DNA of 64,000 nucleotides from a bacterium (lineage in GTDB: Bacteria; Orphanbacterota; Orphanbacteria; JBJXGV01). The stretch is taken from positions 12,076-76,075 of the forward strand of contig JBJXGV010000073.1 in the NCBI GenBank assembly GCA_046160485.1, read 5' to 3'. The translations under genes were made by a program, and so were the position numbers. Shown one piece after another: positions 30,245 through 39,851 of the stretch (position 1 is the stretch's first letter; each line of letters starts with the position of its first letter). Under the pieces are notes generated by a model. The model saw only the letters and a list, made by a program, of their open reading frames with translations, made no database searches and was not told where the DNA came from.

Positions 30245-30260
30245 AGCACTACGCGTGCCA
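30245..30260 (-). promoter_or_regulatory. Sigma-54 (-24/-12) promoter upstream of the small membrane protein gene
   Basis: The minus strand reads TTGGCACGCGTAGTGCTATACC. This is a perfect -24 TGGCACG with a correctly spaced GC at -12. It sits about 40-50 nt upstream of the ATG and within 1 kb of the sigma-54 activator gene. Confidence 0.5.
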
Positions 30261-30484
30261 ACTCCGAGCGTGCCGATCGTCGCTCCGCGATGATGCCCGC
30301 AATACGAGACCCATGACTAACCCTCAATTTTTGATTCGGTTAAGTGTTGACGATGTTCGGCAGGCGACTCCGGCGGCTTGGTGTCCCCGGCGTGAATTCA
30401 AGCGCGCGAGTGGCCGCTGTAAACCTGATGCTCGACGATGGGAGAGGCAGTACCCATTTCCGATACGAACGGGCGCAAGCCGCG

Positions 30485-31720
30485 CTACGTGCGCGGGTCT
30501 GCTGGTGGTCGGGGAGCGGACGCTGTCTTGAAGCGGACGGCGACCCGATCGACTTGATCCTGAATTAGCCGAACCAAGCGAGCGAGCATTTCAGCGTGGC
30601 CGAGCGACACGGAATGTCCGATCGGCAGATTGACCACGCCAGCAGCCACGGCGCGGGCGACCGGAAAGAGGCCGCGTGCGGCCGCCGAGCCAGGGGCCAT
30701 GAACTTCCGTGCGAGTGGAAGATCGGGGACCGCCGGGGAGAAGTACGCGCCGGTCTCAACGCCTTCGGACTCCAGTACCGATCGCAACGCGTCGCGAGAG
30801 AGGCCGAACTCTTCGGCGTGAACGCGAATCGAAAAATCACGGAACACGGGGAACGTGCCAGGCAGCGACGACTGAAAACCAATTCCGGGGATGTCGTTCA
30901 GAGCGGCTCGATACGTTCTCGCGAGCGCGCCGCGTCGTTCGATCTCCGTTTCGAGACTTTGGAGCGATCTGTCGGCCAGCGCCGCCGAGATCTCAGGCTG
31001 ACGTGCCGACGCGCCACGGCCCGTCCAGTCTCCTGCCACGCTGCGCCCATAGTTTCGCGCGGCCTGAAGTTCGGTCGCAAGACGCGCGTCGGCGGTGGTA
31101 ACCGCCCCACCCTCGCCGCCGCAGACCAGCTTGGACGGAGTAAAAGAGAAGACCTCAGCACTGCCGAGGGCGCCGACGTTTCGATCCGCGGCGCGTGCTC
31201 CGACCGCGTGTGCCGCGTCGAATATCAATCGCAGTCGGCGGCGCGCGGCGATCGACTCGAGGGCTGCAGCCGCCGCAGGGAAACCGGACGTGTGCACCGC
31301 AAGAATCGCAGACGTTCGCGGTCCGACGGCCGCCTCTGTCGCGACGGGATCGAGATTCCACGAATCCGCGTCAATGTCGACGGGGCGCGGGGTCAGACCG
31401 GCCGCCATGATGGCCTGGAGAACAGGCGGGAACACGTAGGCGGGTACGATGACCTCGCCCTCGAGTCGGAGTGCCTGAAGTAAGAGTGTCATCGCCGAGA
31501 GGCCGGAGGAGAATGCGATCGCGTAGGCCGCGCCCGTCTGTGTTGCAAGCGCGCGTTCGAATTGGCGCACGCGTGTTCCCTTCGTGAACTCACCCGACGC
31601 GAGGATTTGAAGAATCTCCGGCGCGAGCCGCTCAGAGTCGACGGACACCGGCCCGTAAAGCGGGAGGCCTGGCGCGAACGCGGGTTCACCGCCGAGAATC
31701 GCGAGTCGTTCAACAGACAT
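30485..31720 (-). CDS. DegT/DnrJ/EryC1/StrS-family PLP-dependent sugar aminotransferase
   Basis: It shows fold-type I aminotransferase features and the DegT-type PLP-Lys context FSFTPSKLVCGGEGG. Confidence 0.85.
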   Translation of the reverse strand: MSVERLAILGGEPAFAPGLPLYGPVSVDSERLAPEILQILASGEFTKGTRVRQFERALATQTGAAYAIAFSSGLSAMTLLLQALRLEGEVIVPAYVFPPVLQAIMAAGLTPRPVDIDADSWNLDPVATEAAVGPRTSAILAVHTSGFPAAAAALESIAARRRLRLIFDAAHAVGARAADRNVGALGSAEVFSFTPSKLVCGGEGGAVTTADARLATELQAARNYGRSVAGDWTGRGASARQPEISAALADRSLQSLETEIERRGALARTYRAALNDIPGIGFQSSLPGTFPVFRDFSIRVHAEEFGLSRDALRSVLESEGVETGAYFSPAVPDLPLARKFMAPGSAAARGLFPVARAVAAGVVNLPIGHSVSLGHAEMLARLVRLIQDQVDRVAVRFKTASAPRPPADPRT

Positions 31721-31729
31721 GACGTCATT

Positions 31730-34700
31730 ATGCCACGCGCGGAGTGTGAACCGTCTCTACGTTGTGCCTCAAATTCGCCGCGTGGTAGACTGCCTTTCGT
31801 GACTGAACCATCGCGAGCACGGGCGGACGACGGCCGCGTCCCAACTTGGCTCCTCGCCGCGTTTTTTGTCTCCGGTGGCGCCGGCCTCGTCTATGAAATC
31901 GTGTGGGCGAAGGTCCTCTCGTACACGCTGGGCAATTCCCTCTTCGCGATCTCGACCGTCATCTCCGCTTTCTTCGGCGGTCTTGCACTCGGCGCGTTCG
32001 TGCTCGGTCCGCCCCTGGCGCGCGCGGGTGCGAACATTCGCCGTTATGCCATCCTCGAGGTCGGAGTTGCGGTGCTCGGCATCCTTTCGGTGCCCGCGCT
32101 GCGAGCGATTGACCCGCTTTTCATCGAAATCCATCGCACGCTCGGCCCCAGTTTCCCTGTGTTTCTCGCGATCCGATTCGTCGTGGTCTCGGCGCTTCTG
32201 CTCGTTCCGACGGCGCTCATGGGCGCCACGCTTCCGCTGCTCGTCGCTCACGCCGAAGGCCGGCGCTTCGGCGGCGCGCTCTCCCGTCTCTATGCGGCGA
32301 ACACGTTTGGCGCGGTGTGCGGAACGCTTCTCGCCGCGCTCGTGCTCATTCCGGCGCTAGGGCTCGTCGGGACCGCGCTTTTCGCGGCGGCATGCAATCT
32401 TGCCGCCGGCGCGCTCGCGTGGATGCGACGCTCGGAGGACCGATCCGTACCCGCCGCCGCCGACCGCGTCTCGGCAGCGTCGGTCGAGCCTGATCCCGCG
32501 CCTCTTGCGCCGACCACCGATCCATCGCGGGTATACCTTCTCGCGCTGATTGCCATTTCCGGGTTCGCGGCACTCCTTCTCGAAGTCAGTTGGACACGCG
32601 TGTTGACGCTCGTAATCGGCTCTTCCGTGATTTCCTTCGCGATGGTGCTCGCGTTCTATCTCCTCGGCATCGCTGGGGGCAGCGCGCTCATCGCATCCCG
32701 GCTTAGCCGTCTCGCGCGCCCGCTCGTCGTCTTCGCGTATCTCGAAATCGCGTTGGCGCTCCTCGTGCTCTCGCACCTCTACCTGTTCCCGCAGCTTCCC
32801 GGGGCGTTTCTGAAGATCATGCTCGACCCGCGGATGAACTTGCCGCTCTACCTTGGGGCTCAGGCGCTACTCATCGCCGCGCTGATCGTCCCGCCGTGTT
32901 TGTTTCTCGGCGCGCTGTTTCCACTCTCGGCGCGACTCCTTTTCACGAACGACGCGGGGCGCGCGACGGGGTTGACGTACGCGGTGAACACGTTCGGCAC
33001 GATTCTCGGTTCTCTCGTCACCGGATTCGTGCTCATCCCGGCGATCGGATCGCGACGCACGATCATCGCGGGCGCGCTTATTTCGCTCGTTGTGGGCCTC
33101 GCGGCGCTTGTGCGATCGAGTTTGGTCTCGTCGCGCCGCGTGATTGTCGGCGCAGGGTCTGTGGCGATCGCGTTGATTCTCATCTTCGCGGCGCCGGAGT
33201 GGGATCTTCGAGTGCTGACGGCCGGCATCTTTCGTCCGGCCGCGGCTGGCGCGATCGCCGGGATAACGGACCCGCGGCGCTCGTCGCAAGACCGCCTCAC
33301 CGAAGCCTTCGCCGTCGACTCGGTTGTCTTCTACAAGGAGGGCGTCAACGCGACGGTCTCGCTCAATCGCACGACGGCAACAGGCGATCTCTTCCTCAAA
33401 ATCGGAGGGAAGACGGACGCCTCATCCGGCGATATCGAGACGCAGCTCCTCTCCGGTCACCTGCCGATGCTTTTCGCGCCGGATAGCGCCAAGGTGATGG
33501 TGATCGGCCAAGGATCGGGCATGACGCTGGCCGGAGTGCTGAAGTATCCGGTGGTGTCGGCTGAGATTGTCGAGATCGAAGATGCAGTGCTGGAAGCGTC
33601 GCGCGCGTTCCATGCAGCCGGTCAAGACCCGCTCAATGATCCGCGGACGCGAATCACCCTCGAGGACGGCCGCACGCGGCTCGCGGTCGAGGAAGGATTG
33701 TTCGACGTCGTTATTTCAGAGCCGTCGAATCCGTGGCTCGCCGGCAACAACAACTTGTTCACGACCGACTTCTACAAGCTCGTGCGATCGCGGCTCGCAC
33801 CTCACGGCGTTTTCGGTCAGTGGATTCAGCTGTACGAGATTTCCCCGGAGACGCTTTCGTCTCTCTTGACTGCGTTTCACTCCGTGTTCTCGAATACCTA
33901 CGCCTTTCTGACGTTCAACGCCGACCTCATCCTAATCGCCGTCCCGGCCGACGTCCCATTTCGCTTCGACCGGCTTCATTCGCCGGAGGTTGTCGCGGAA
34001 CTCGCGCGCATCGGGTTGCGCCCTCCCGAACTGATCCTCTCGTACTACTCCTGTGAACTGGGGGAACTTCCCGCGTCGCTCGTGTCGGGCATCGCGAACA
34101 CCGACAACAACGCGCGCGTCGAGTACCGCGCACCGATCGATCTCTTCAAGGTGGGACGTCAGGATCTGGCCGGCGGGTCGACAGCGTCACTCGCCGAGAT
34201 GATTCCGCGCTCGCGTGAAATCCCATTCGCGAGAACTCTCGATCTTCGGGACGTCGCGATATGGCGCGCTGAGGGCCTCGCGCGGCGGAACCGCTTCGGA
34301 TGGGCCCGCGAGGCCGCCGAGTGGCTGAACGATCTCGGGCGCGTTAGCACCGCGGATTCGCTGAACTACGCAATTTCGCTTCTCGAGGTTGAGGCTCGCT
34401 CCAAGGCGATCACGACGGACGTGGTGCGGATGGCACGCGCCGGCCGGGTCGCTGACGCGGAGCGGGCCCTCCGCGAATTGTTGGCGCGAACCCCGGGCGA
34501 TCCCGTGCTTCTCTTCAACTTGGGATTGTTCTTGATGCAGTCGGACCGCGACATGGAGGCGGATTCGCTCTTTGCGATCGTCGCAGACGTGGGGATCGGC
34601 TCGCCCGTCGTGCGTTCGCGAAACAATCGCGGCATCATCGCGATGCGGCGCGGAGACCCGGCGAGCGCCCTCGCCTTCTTCCGCGATGCGAGAGCCGTGC

Positions 34701-34867
34701 GGCCGGACCTGCCGGAGTCGTACTTCTACGAGGCCAAGGTGCTCAACGGCATCGGCCAGCCGTCAGACGCGCTCATCGTCGTGGATCAGGGACTCGTCGT
34801 ATGCCCGAATGATCCTACGTTGATCGCCGCGCGGGCGGAAATCGCCGCCGGAGCGCCCCGCCAGTAG
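31730..34867 (+). CDS. Fused MFS-like polytopic membrane domain / spermidine-synthase-like (PABS) domain / C-terminal TPR protein
   Basis: At least 12 TM helices are followed by a PABS-like AdoMet fold (VMVIGQGSGMTLAGVL...VISEPSNPW...FYKLVRSRLAPHGVF) and then TPRs. The start is uncertain: the ATG at 31730 is an internal Met of the tracked ORF, and a GTG lies at about 31799. Confidence 0.65.
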   Translation: MPRAECEPSLRCASNSPRGRLPFVTEPSRARADDGRVPTWLLAAFFVSGGAGLVYEIVWAKVLSYTLGNSLFAISTVISAFFGGLALGAFVLGPPLARAGANIRRYAILEVGVAVLGILSVPALRAIDPLFIEIHRTLGPSFPVFLAIRFVVVSALLLVPTALMGATLPLLVAHAEGRRFGGALSRLYAANTFGAVCGTLLAALVLIPALGLVGTALFAAACNLAAGALAWMRRSEDRSVPAAADRVSAASVEPDPAPLAPTTDPSRVYLLALIAISGFAALLLEVSWTRVLTLVIGSSVISFAMVLAFYLLGIAGGSALIASRLSRLARPLVVFAYLEIALALLVLSHLYLFPQLPGAFLKIMLDPRMNLPLYLGAQALLIAALIVPPCLFLGALFPLSARLLFTNDAGRATGLTYAVNTFGTILGSLVTGFVLIPAIGSRRTIIAGALISLVVGLAALVRSSLVSSRRVIVGAGSVAIALILIFAAPEWDLRVLTAGIFRPAAAGAIAGITDPRRSSQDRLTEAFAVDSVVFYKEGVNATVSLNRTTATGDLFLKIGGKTDASSGDIETQLLSGHLPMLFAPDSAKVMVIGQGSGMTLAGVLKYPVVSAEIVEIEDAVLEASRAFHAAGQDPLNDPRTRITLEDGRTRLAVEEGLFDVVISEPSNPWLAGNNNLFTTDFYKLVRSRLAPHGVFGQWIQLYEISPETLSSLLTAFHSVFSNTYAFLTFNADLILIAVPADVPFRFDRLHSPEVVAELARIGLRPPELILSYYSCELGELPASLVSGIANTDNNARVEYRAPIDLFKVGRQDLAGGSTASLAEMIPRSREIPFARTLDLRDVAIWRAEGLARRNRFGWAREAAEWLNDLGRVSTADSLNYAISLLEVEARSKAITTDVVRMARAGRVADAERALRELLARTPGDPVLLFNLGLFLMQSDRDMEADSLFAIVADVGIGSPVVRSRNNRGIIAMRRGDPASALAFFRDARAVRPDLPESYFYEAKVLNGIGQPSDALIVVDQGLVVCPNDPTLIAARAEIAAGAPRQ

Positions 34868-34931
34868 CCAAGCCGGCTTCCGCACGACTGGCATTCCGCG
34901 CGCAAAACACTGCCGAATAATATTTTGTGGG

Positions 34932-35480
34932 CTAGCCTGAGCGAAGTTGCGTCAATATATCCGAGATATTGGATGCTGCCTGATCTTTGGCGGAGACACT
35001 CGGCGATGCGGTCGGCCATTGTATGCCAAGTGTTGGATCACTCCAGAGAATTCCAAACTCGTCGGCCGGATCGTACAGGTCCGTGCACTTGTACACGACC
35101 TCGGCGATCTCGCTCGTGACGCAGAAGCCGTGGGCGAAGCCTGGCGGGATGTAGACGCCCCGGAAGTTCTCGGCGCTCAGCACGACACTCGTCCACTTCA
35201 GAAATGTCGGCGAGCCTCGCCGGATGTCGACCGCGACATCGAAAATCTCGCCTCGAATGACCCGTACGAGTTTGCCTTGCGGACGGGTGCGCTGCGCGTG
35301 GAGGCCCCGCAGAGTCCCGAGGCTGGAGAGGGAGTGATTGTCTTGAACGAAGCGCACATCGATGCCGCCCTCCCGGAACTTCCGCTCGTGATACGTCTCG
35401 AGGAAAAAGCCGCGCGCGTCGCGGTGCACTTGGGGCTCGATGACGACGACGCCCGCGATTTCGGTCGAGACGAACCTCAT
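34932..35480 (-). CDS. rfbC: dTDP-4-dehydrorhamnose 3,5-epimerase
   Basis: The internal start [16 protein letters not shown] is used, and the cupin motifs RGLHAQ and GFAHGF are present. The gene overlaps the rfbA stop by 4 nt. Confidence 0.85.
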   Translation of the reverse strand: MRFVSTEIAGVVVIEPQVHRDARGFFLETYHERKFREGGIDVRFVQDNHSLSSLGTLRGLHAQRTRPQGKLVRVIRGEIFDVAVDIRRGSPTFLKWTSVVLSAENFRGVYIPPGFAHGFCVTSEIAEVVYKCTDLYDPADEFGILWSDPTLGIQWPTASPSVSAKDQAASNISDILTQLRSG

Positions 35481-36355
35481 GGTGCGGAATCCTCGTCGAC
35501 GATTCTGCGCAGGTAGGCCCCGTATTCGTTCTTGTTCATCGTGTCCGCCACGCGAAGAACTTGCGCTGCGTCGATGTACCCCATGTTGTAAGCGACCTCC
35601 TCGACACACGCGACCTTTAGGCCCTGACGTTCCTCGATCGCTTGAATGAAGTTCGACGCTTTCAAGAGGGCCTCGTGCGTGCCGGTATCGAGCCACGCGA
35701 TTCCTCGCCCGAGCCGTTCGACGTTGAGTTCGCCCGCGCGAAGGTACGCGAGATTCACGTCGGTGATCTCGAGTTCTCCGCGCGGCGACGGCTTCAGTGC
35801 CGCGGAGATATCGAGCACGCGATTGTCGAAGAAGTAGAGGCCGGTGACGGCGTAGAACGAGCGCGGGTGCGCGGGCTTTTCTTCGAGGCCGATCGCGCGC
35901 CCCTCCGCGTCGAACTCCACAACCCCGTATCGTTCCGGATCCCGTACGCGGTACCCGAATACGGTCGCACCCGTAACTCGGGCCGCCGCCCGCTGGAGAT
36001 ATTCGGGAAATCCGTGTCCGTAGAAAACGTTGTCGCCCAACGCGAGCGCAACGCGGTCGTCTCCGACAAAGTCCCGGCCAATGATGAACGCTTGCGCGAG
36101 ACCCTCCGGCCGGGGTTGGGCCGCATAGGCGATTCGAACTCCGATACGTTCTCCGTCGCCGAAGAGCCGGCGGAAACTCTCCTGGTCCTCAGGCGTCGTG
36201 ATGATCAAGATGTCGCGGATTCCGGCAAGCATCAACGTCGAGAGCGGGTAGTAAATCATTGGCTTGTCGTAGATCGGAACGAGCTGTTTGCTGACCGCTT
36301 GCGTCAGCGGAAAAAGCCGCGTGCCCGAACCGCCAGCGAGAATGATCCCTTTCAT
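35477..36355 (-). CDS. rfbA: Glucose-1-phosphate thymidylyltransferase
   Basis: The internal start [18 protein letters not shown] gives the canonical G-loop. RfbA-like sequence continues through the C-terminus. Confidence 0.9.
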   Translation of the reverse strand: MKGIILAGGSGTRLFPLTQAVSKQLVPIYDKPMIYYPLSTLMLAGIRDILIITTPEDQESFRRLFGDGERIGVRIAYAAQPRPEGLAQAFIIGRDFVGDDRVALALGDNVFYGHGFPEYLQRAAARVTGATVFGYRVRDPERYGVVEFDAEGRAIGLEEKPAHPRSFYAVTGLYFFDNRVLDISAALKPSPRGELEITDVNLAYLRAGELNVERLGRGIAWLDTGTHEALLKASNFIQAIEERQGLKVACVEEVAYNMGYIDAAQVLRVADTMNKNEYGAYLRRIVDEDSAP

Positions 36356-36517
36356 CGGACTCCGAACTCCGTGTTGGCCTCGTGTATTCGGGGCACGGTC
36401 AATGGACGAAGAGCGCAGATCATATATCAAGGTCGCGCGACGCGGGAGTCTCTATCGTCCGCGCGGATCGCGCGTGTGTAGCGCCATCGATCGGGGCGCC
36501 CGTATAATCGCCGGATT

Positions 36518-38758
36518 GTGAAGCAGCGAAAAGCCAAGGCGAAAACGAGCACCGAGACGGGGCGCCGAAGCGCGCCCGCGACTGGCGTCTCTTCCACTGC
36601 CATCGTCGCTGGCTGCGTCGCGATCGCGTTGCTCGTGCGGCTCGTCTATCTCGGAGAGATCCGGGTTCTCCCATTCTTCGAGTTTCCGATCATCGATGGC
36701 GCCGAGTACCTCGCGTGGGCGCGGCGGATTCTCGCGGGCGAGGCGATCTGGCGCGAGGTCCCGATCCACGGGCCCGTCTATCCGTACTTCCTAGCGGCCG
36801 CGCTCGCTCTCTCCGGGAAGAGCATCACGTTTGCCATTTGCATGCAGTTTCTTCTCGGCGCCGCCTCCGTCGTCTTCGTGTACCGCATCGCGCGCCGTGC
36901 GTTCGGCCAGGGCCCAGCGGTCTTGAGCGCGGCGATCGCCGCGGTCTATCCGGCGTTCCTCTATTTCGAAGGACAGCTGCTCGCACCGTCCGTTGTGCTC
37001 CTTCTCAATCTCGCGCTGCTCGACAGGCTCGGTGCTTTGCCGGTCAAGCCGACGCCGACGGCGCTCATCGTCCCTGGGATCTTGCTGGGGCTATCGATAG
37101 CAACGCACCCAAGCGCGCTCGTGCTTGTCCCCGTGATCGCGTGGTGGTTGGTCCGGCGCGCGTCCGGCGCGTCACCGAGCGCGGAACCGCGAGCGCGTCG
37201 CGGCGCGCGCGCAATTCCGGCGCTGGTCTTCGTCGCCGCGACGGTGTGCGTCATCGGTCCGATTGCCCTTCGTAACGCTTCACTCGGAGGAGGCCTGACG
37301 CTTCAGCGAAACGTCGGCAAGAACCTCTACATCGGTTTGGGACCGACCGCCGATGGCACGGCGAACATCGCACCCGGCGCACAGTGGGACCGGCTTCGAC
37401 GGCAGGCGTGGGACGCGGGCGCGCGATCGTCTGCGGAGGAGTCGCGCTACTTTGTTTCGGAGACCGTCGGATTTGCGTTGCGAAACCCCATCCGCGTCGT
37501 CGGGACCGTTATCAAGAAGGCGATGTTCTTCGTCAGCGGAATTCATGTCGACGCGAGCCAAGACTTTCGATACTTCCAGACGCACACTCGTGTGTTGAGT
37601 TTTCCTCTGCCAGGCGCCGCTGTCTTGATCCCGCTCGCGTTGCTCGGAATGCTCCGGTACTTCCGGCGCGCGCCGCTCCTCGTGCTCTACGTCTGCGGCT
37701 ATCTCGCGGCGTCGTTCACCTTCGCGTTCGCTACGCGCTACGCGATCCCGGCGCACCCGGTGTTCCTCGTCTTTGCCGCGGCGGCGCTCACTGATCTGGC
37801 GCGCGCCGCCCGCGCGCGCAAAGTGGAGTCGCGCGAGATCGCACTTCTCTGCGCGTTCTTATTGGTCGCGAATCTCGATCCCTTCGGATTGCGGAAGCGG
37901 CAACTCATTCACGTCCCCGGCTTCATCGCGAAGATTCTCGTCGATACCGGACGGCTCGACGATGGATTGCGCGCGTACGAGCAAGCGGCGCGGGAGTACC
38001 CGACCGATCCCGACATCCGCAACGGGTGGGGCACGGCGCTCGATCGCGCGGGGAGGCGCGACGAGGCTCGCGCGCAGTACGAAGCCGCGTTGGCGGCAGC
38101 CCCCGAGTTGTTCGAAGCGCGCTTCAATCTCGCCGCGCACGCCCACGAGGCGCGATCTTTCGCGGACGCGCTTGCCGGATATGGCGCGGCGATCGAAGCC
38201 GCGCCTTGGCGCGCCGATGCGCGACTCAACCTCGGCGCCGTCTACGCGGAGATGGAGAGCCTCGACCACGCGGCCGCGCAGTTCGACACCGCGCTTCAGC
38301 TCGCGCCCGGTTTCGACGAGGCGCTCGCGAATCTCGCGATGATCGAATCGCGCCGCAAAGATCCTGCCGCCGCGGCCGCGATTCTCAAACGGCTCGCCGC
38401 GAAAGAGCCCACGCCCGAGCGGTTCGTGAGCCTCGGCATCGCGCTCACGGAGTCGCAGGACTACCTCGGCGCGCAAGACATCTTCCGTCAGGCGCTCGCG
38501 CTCGATGACGCTTATCTCCCCGCGCTATTTCATCTCGGAATGAATCTGGCTGGGTTCCAACGTTTCGAAGAGGCGATCGCGATCTGGGAGAGGATCCTCG
38601 CGAAGGAGCCGGCAAACGAGGTCGCGCGCACGGCGATCGCGGAGGCGAACGCACGCATTGCAGCACGCGCCGCCGCGGCGAGCACACCGGCCCAGACTCC
38701 GGATGAAAAAGAAGAAGGCGGCGCGCCCTCGAAGGACACGCCGCCCGGTACTCCTTAG
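36518..38758 (+). CDS. GT-C glycosyltransferase family 39 (PMT/ArnT-like) membrane protein with C-terminal TPR repeats, paralogous to 21649..23784
   Basis: The same architecture is seen, and the motif PVYPYFLAAALAL matches PVYPYFLGALFRI in the first copy. It has C-terminal TPRs and a proline/glutamate-rich tail. Confidence 0.7.
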   Translation: MKQRKAKAKTSTETGRRSAPATGVSSTAIVAGCVAIALLVRLVYLGEIRVLPFFEFPIIDGAEYLAWARRILAGEAIWREVPIHGPVYPYFLAAALALSGKSITFAICMQFLLGAASVVFVYRIARRAFGQGPAVLSAAIAAVYPAFLYFEGQLLAPSVVLLLNLALLDRLGALPVKPTPTALIVPGILLGLSIATHPSALVLVPVIAWWLVRRASGASPSAEPRARRGARAIPALVFVAATVCVIGPIALRNASLGGGLTLQRNVGKNLYIGLGPTADGTANIAPGAQWDRLRRQAWDAGARSSAEESRYFVSETVGFALRNPIRVVGTVIKKAMFFVSGIHVDASQDFRYFQTHTRVLSFPLPGAAVLIPLALLGMLRYFRRAPLLVLYVCGYLAASFTFAFATRYAIPAHPVFLVFAAAALTDLARAARARKVESREIALLCAFLLVANLDPFGLRKRQLIHVPGFIAKILVDTGRLDDGLRAYEQAAREYPTDPDIRNGWGTALDRAGRRDEARAQYEAALAAAPELFEARFNLAAHAHEARSFADALAGYGAAIEAAPWRADARLNLGAVYAEMESLDHAAAQFDTALQLAPGFDEALANLAMIESRRKDPAAAAAILKRLAAKEPTPERFVSLGIALTESQDYLGAQDIFRQALALDDAYLPALFHLGMNLAGFQRFEEAIAIWERILAKEPANEVARTAIAEANARIAARAAAASTPAQTPDEKEEGGAPSKDTPPGTP

Positions 38759-38768
38759 TGTCGCTCGA

Positions 38769-38990
38769 TCATCCTGACGAAGGCTGGGACGCGATATTGC
38801 CTTCGTCGTCGAGCAACTCATCTTTGCTCGGGATCAGAGTCGACCGCACCTTCGCGTTTGGGATCTTCGGGCCTGGGATGCGATCGACCAGGTCTTCCCA
38901 ACGCGAGTTAATCGAGCACATTCGAGCGACAACGAGCGCGATCGCCAAGTAGACAAGCGCAATCACGCCGAGAATCACGGGGAGTACCAT
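38769..38990 (-). CDS. Small single-pass membrane protein (73 aa), paralogous to 30013..30195
   Basis: See the alignment above. It is the last gene of the ParA operon. Confidence 0.5.
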   Translation of the reverse strand: MVLPVILGVIALVYLAIALVVARMCSINSRWEDLVDRIPGPKIPNAKVRSTLIPSKDELLDDEGNIASQPSSG

Positions 38991-39017
38991 TGCTTATCCC
39001 CCGTACGAGCCGGCTCT

Positions 39018-39842
39018 TTATCCGCTCGATCCGTTCCCACCTTCTCGTCCCCCCTTCGGTTCGAGACGTGTCGGAGCGCTTGGCCCCTCGAAAAACTCGG
39101 CGAACTCCTCCTGGGTGAGACCGAGTTCACGCCGGTACGTCTCTTCCCGCGACAGGACCCGCTCCTGCCCTGCGTACCTCACAAATTGTGAGTGTCTGTC
39201 GTGTGTACCTCCTGTGGTTGTGTTCCGTGAGAACACTCGCTCCGCTGGTTGGACCGACAAGCCGAGGGAAGAGATCTCCTCCGGCAAATGCTCCGAGGTA
39301 GGGATGGGAATTGGCGCAGGGTGTTCGACGCGCGTTGGCGCGGATGGCGGCGTTGCGTGCGGCGCGAGTTCGGCGCGCGAGGACAACACGACCGCTGTCC
39401 GCCCGTCGCGCGTGCTGACGATGCGCGCGCAGATAATTTCCACCGCGACCGCATTGCGATACGCGTGAAACTCGTGGCCTTGCGCGTTGATCGATTTCGC
39501 GCGATCGCTCTGGACGACGCCGAGCGCACGAATCGGCTCTTCCCAATTCACGTTCCAGAGTTGATACATGCGCCGCACGATCGGGAGATTCTCCGAGAAC
39601 CACTGGACGTGCGCCGCAAGACGAGTGACGACGTCGTCGGGGGCCGCGCCTTCGACGTCCGCGATCACCAGCCGCCGCCGAACGTCGAGCGCGATCCAGT
39701 CCACGGTGCCCGCATTCGCGATCGGAAGTTCCGAGTCGATGATCGAGAGCGCCGGCTCGACGGCGTCGCCCCGCCCCTTGAGCGTCGCTCGTAGATCGAT
39801 CGCTCCGGGCGATTCGAAGAAAACGTCTATGGTCGGTGTCAT
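39018..39842 (-). CDS. Hypothetical two-domain protein (globular N-domain, Pro-rich linker, short charged C-domain)
   Basis: Its 274 aa show no recognisable catalytic motif. The linker is PHATPPSAPTRVEHPAPIPIPTSEHLP and the C-terminal segment is LSREETYRRELGLTQEEFAEFFEG. It lies 10 nt downstream of the MinD-like gene. Confidence 0.45.
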   Translation of the reverse strand: MTPTIDVFFESPGAIDLRATLKGRGDAVEPALSIIDSELPIANAGTVDWIALDVRRRLVIADVEGAAPDDVVTRLAAHVQWFSENLPIVRRMYQLWNVNWEEPIRALGVVQSDRAKSINAQGHEFHAYRNAVAVEIICARIVSTRDGRTAVVLSSRAELAPHATPPSAPTRVEHPAPIPIPTSEHLPEEISSLGLSVQPAERVFSRNTTTGGTHDRHSQFVRYAGQERVLSREETYRRELGLTQEEFAEFFEGPSAPTRLEPKGGREGGNGSSG

Positions 39843-39851
39843 CCTGTGGCC

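Noticed and set aside
31562-31729. The upstream part of the tracked 1101-aa ORF overlaps the divergent aminotransferase start
   Set aside because: The first 56 residues are non-hydrophobic and overlap the opposite-strand gene start. The start is placed at the internal ATG (31730) or the GTG at about 31799 instead.
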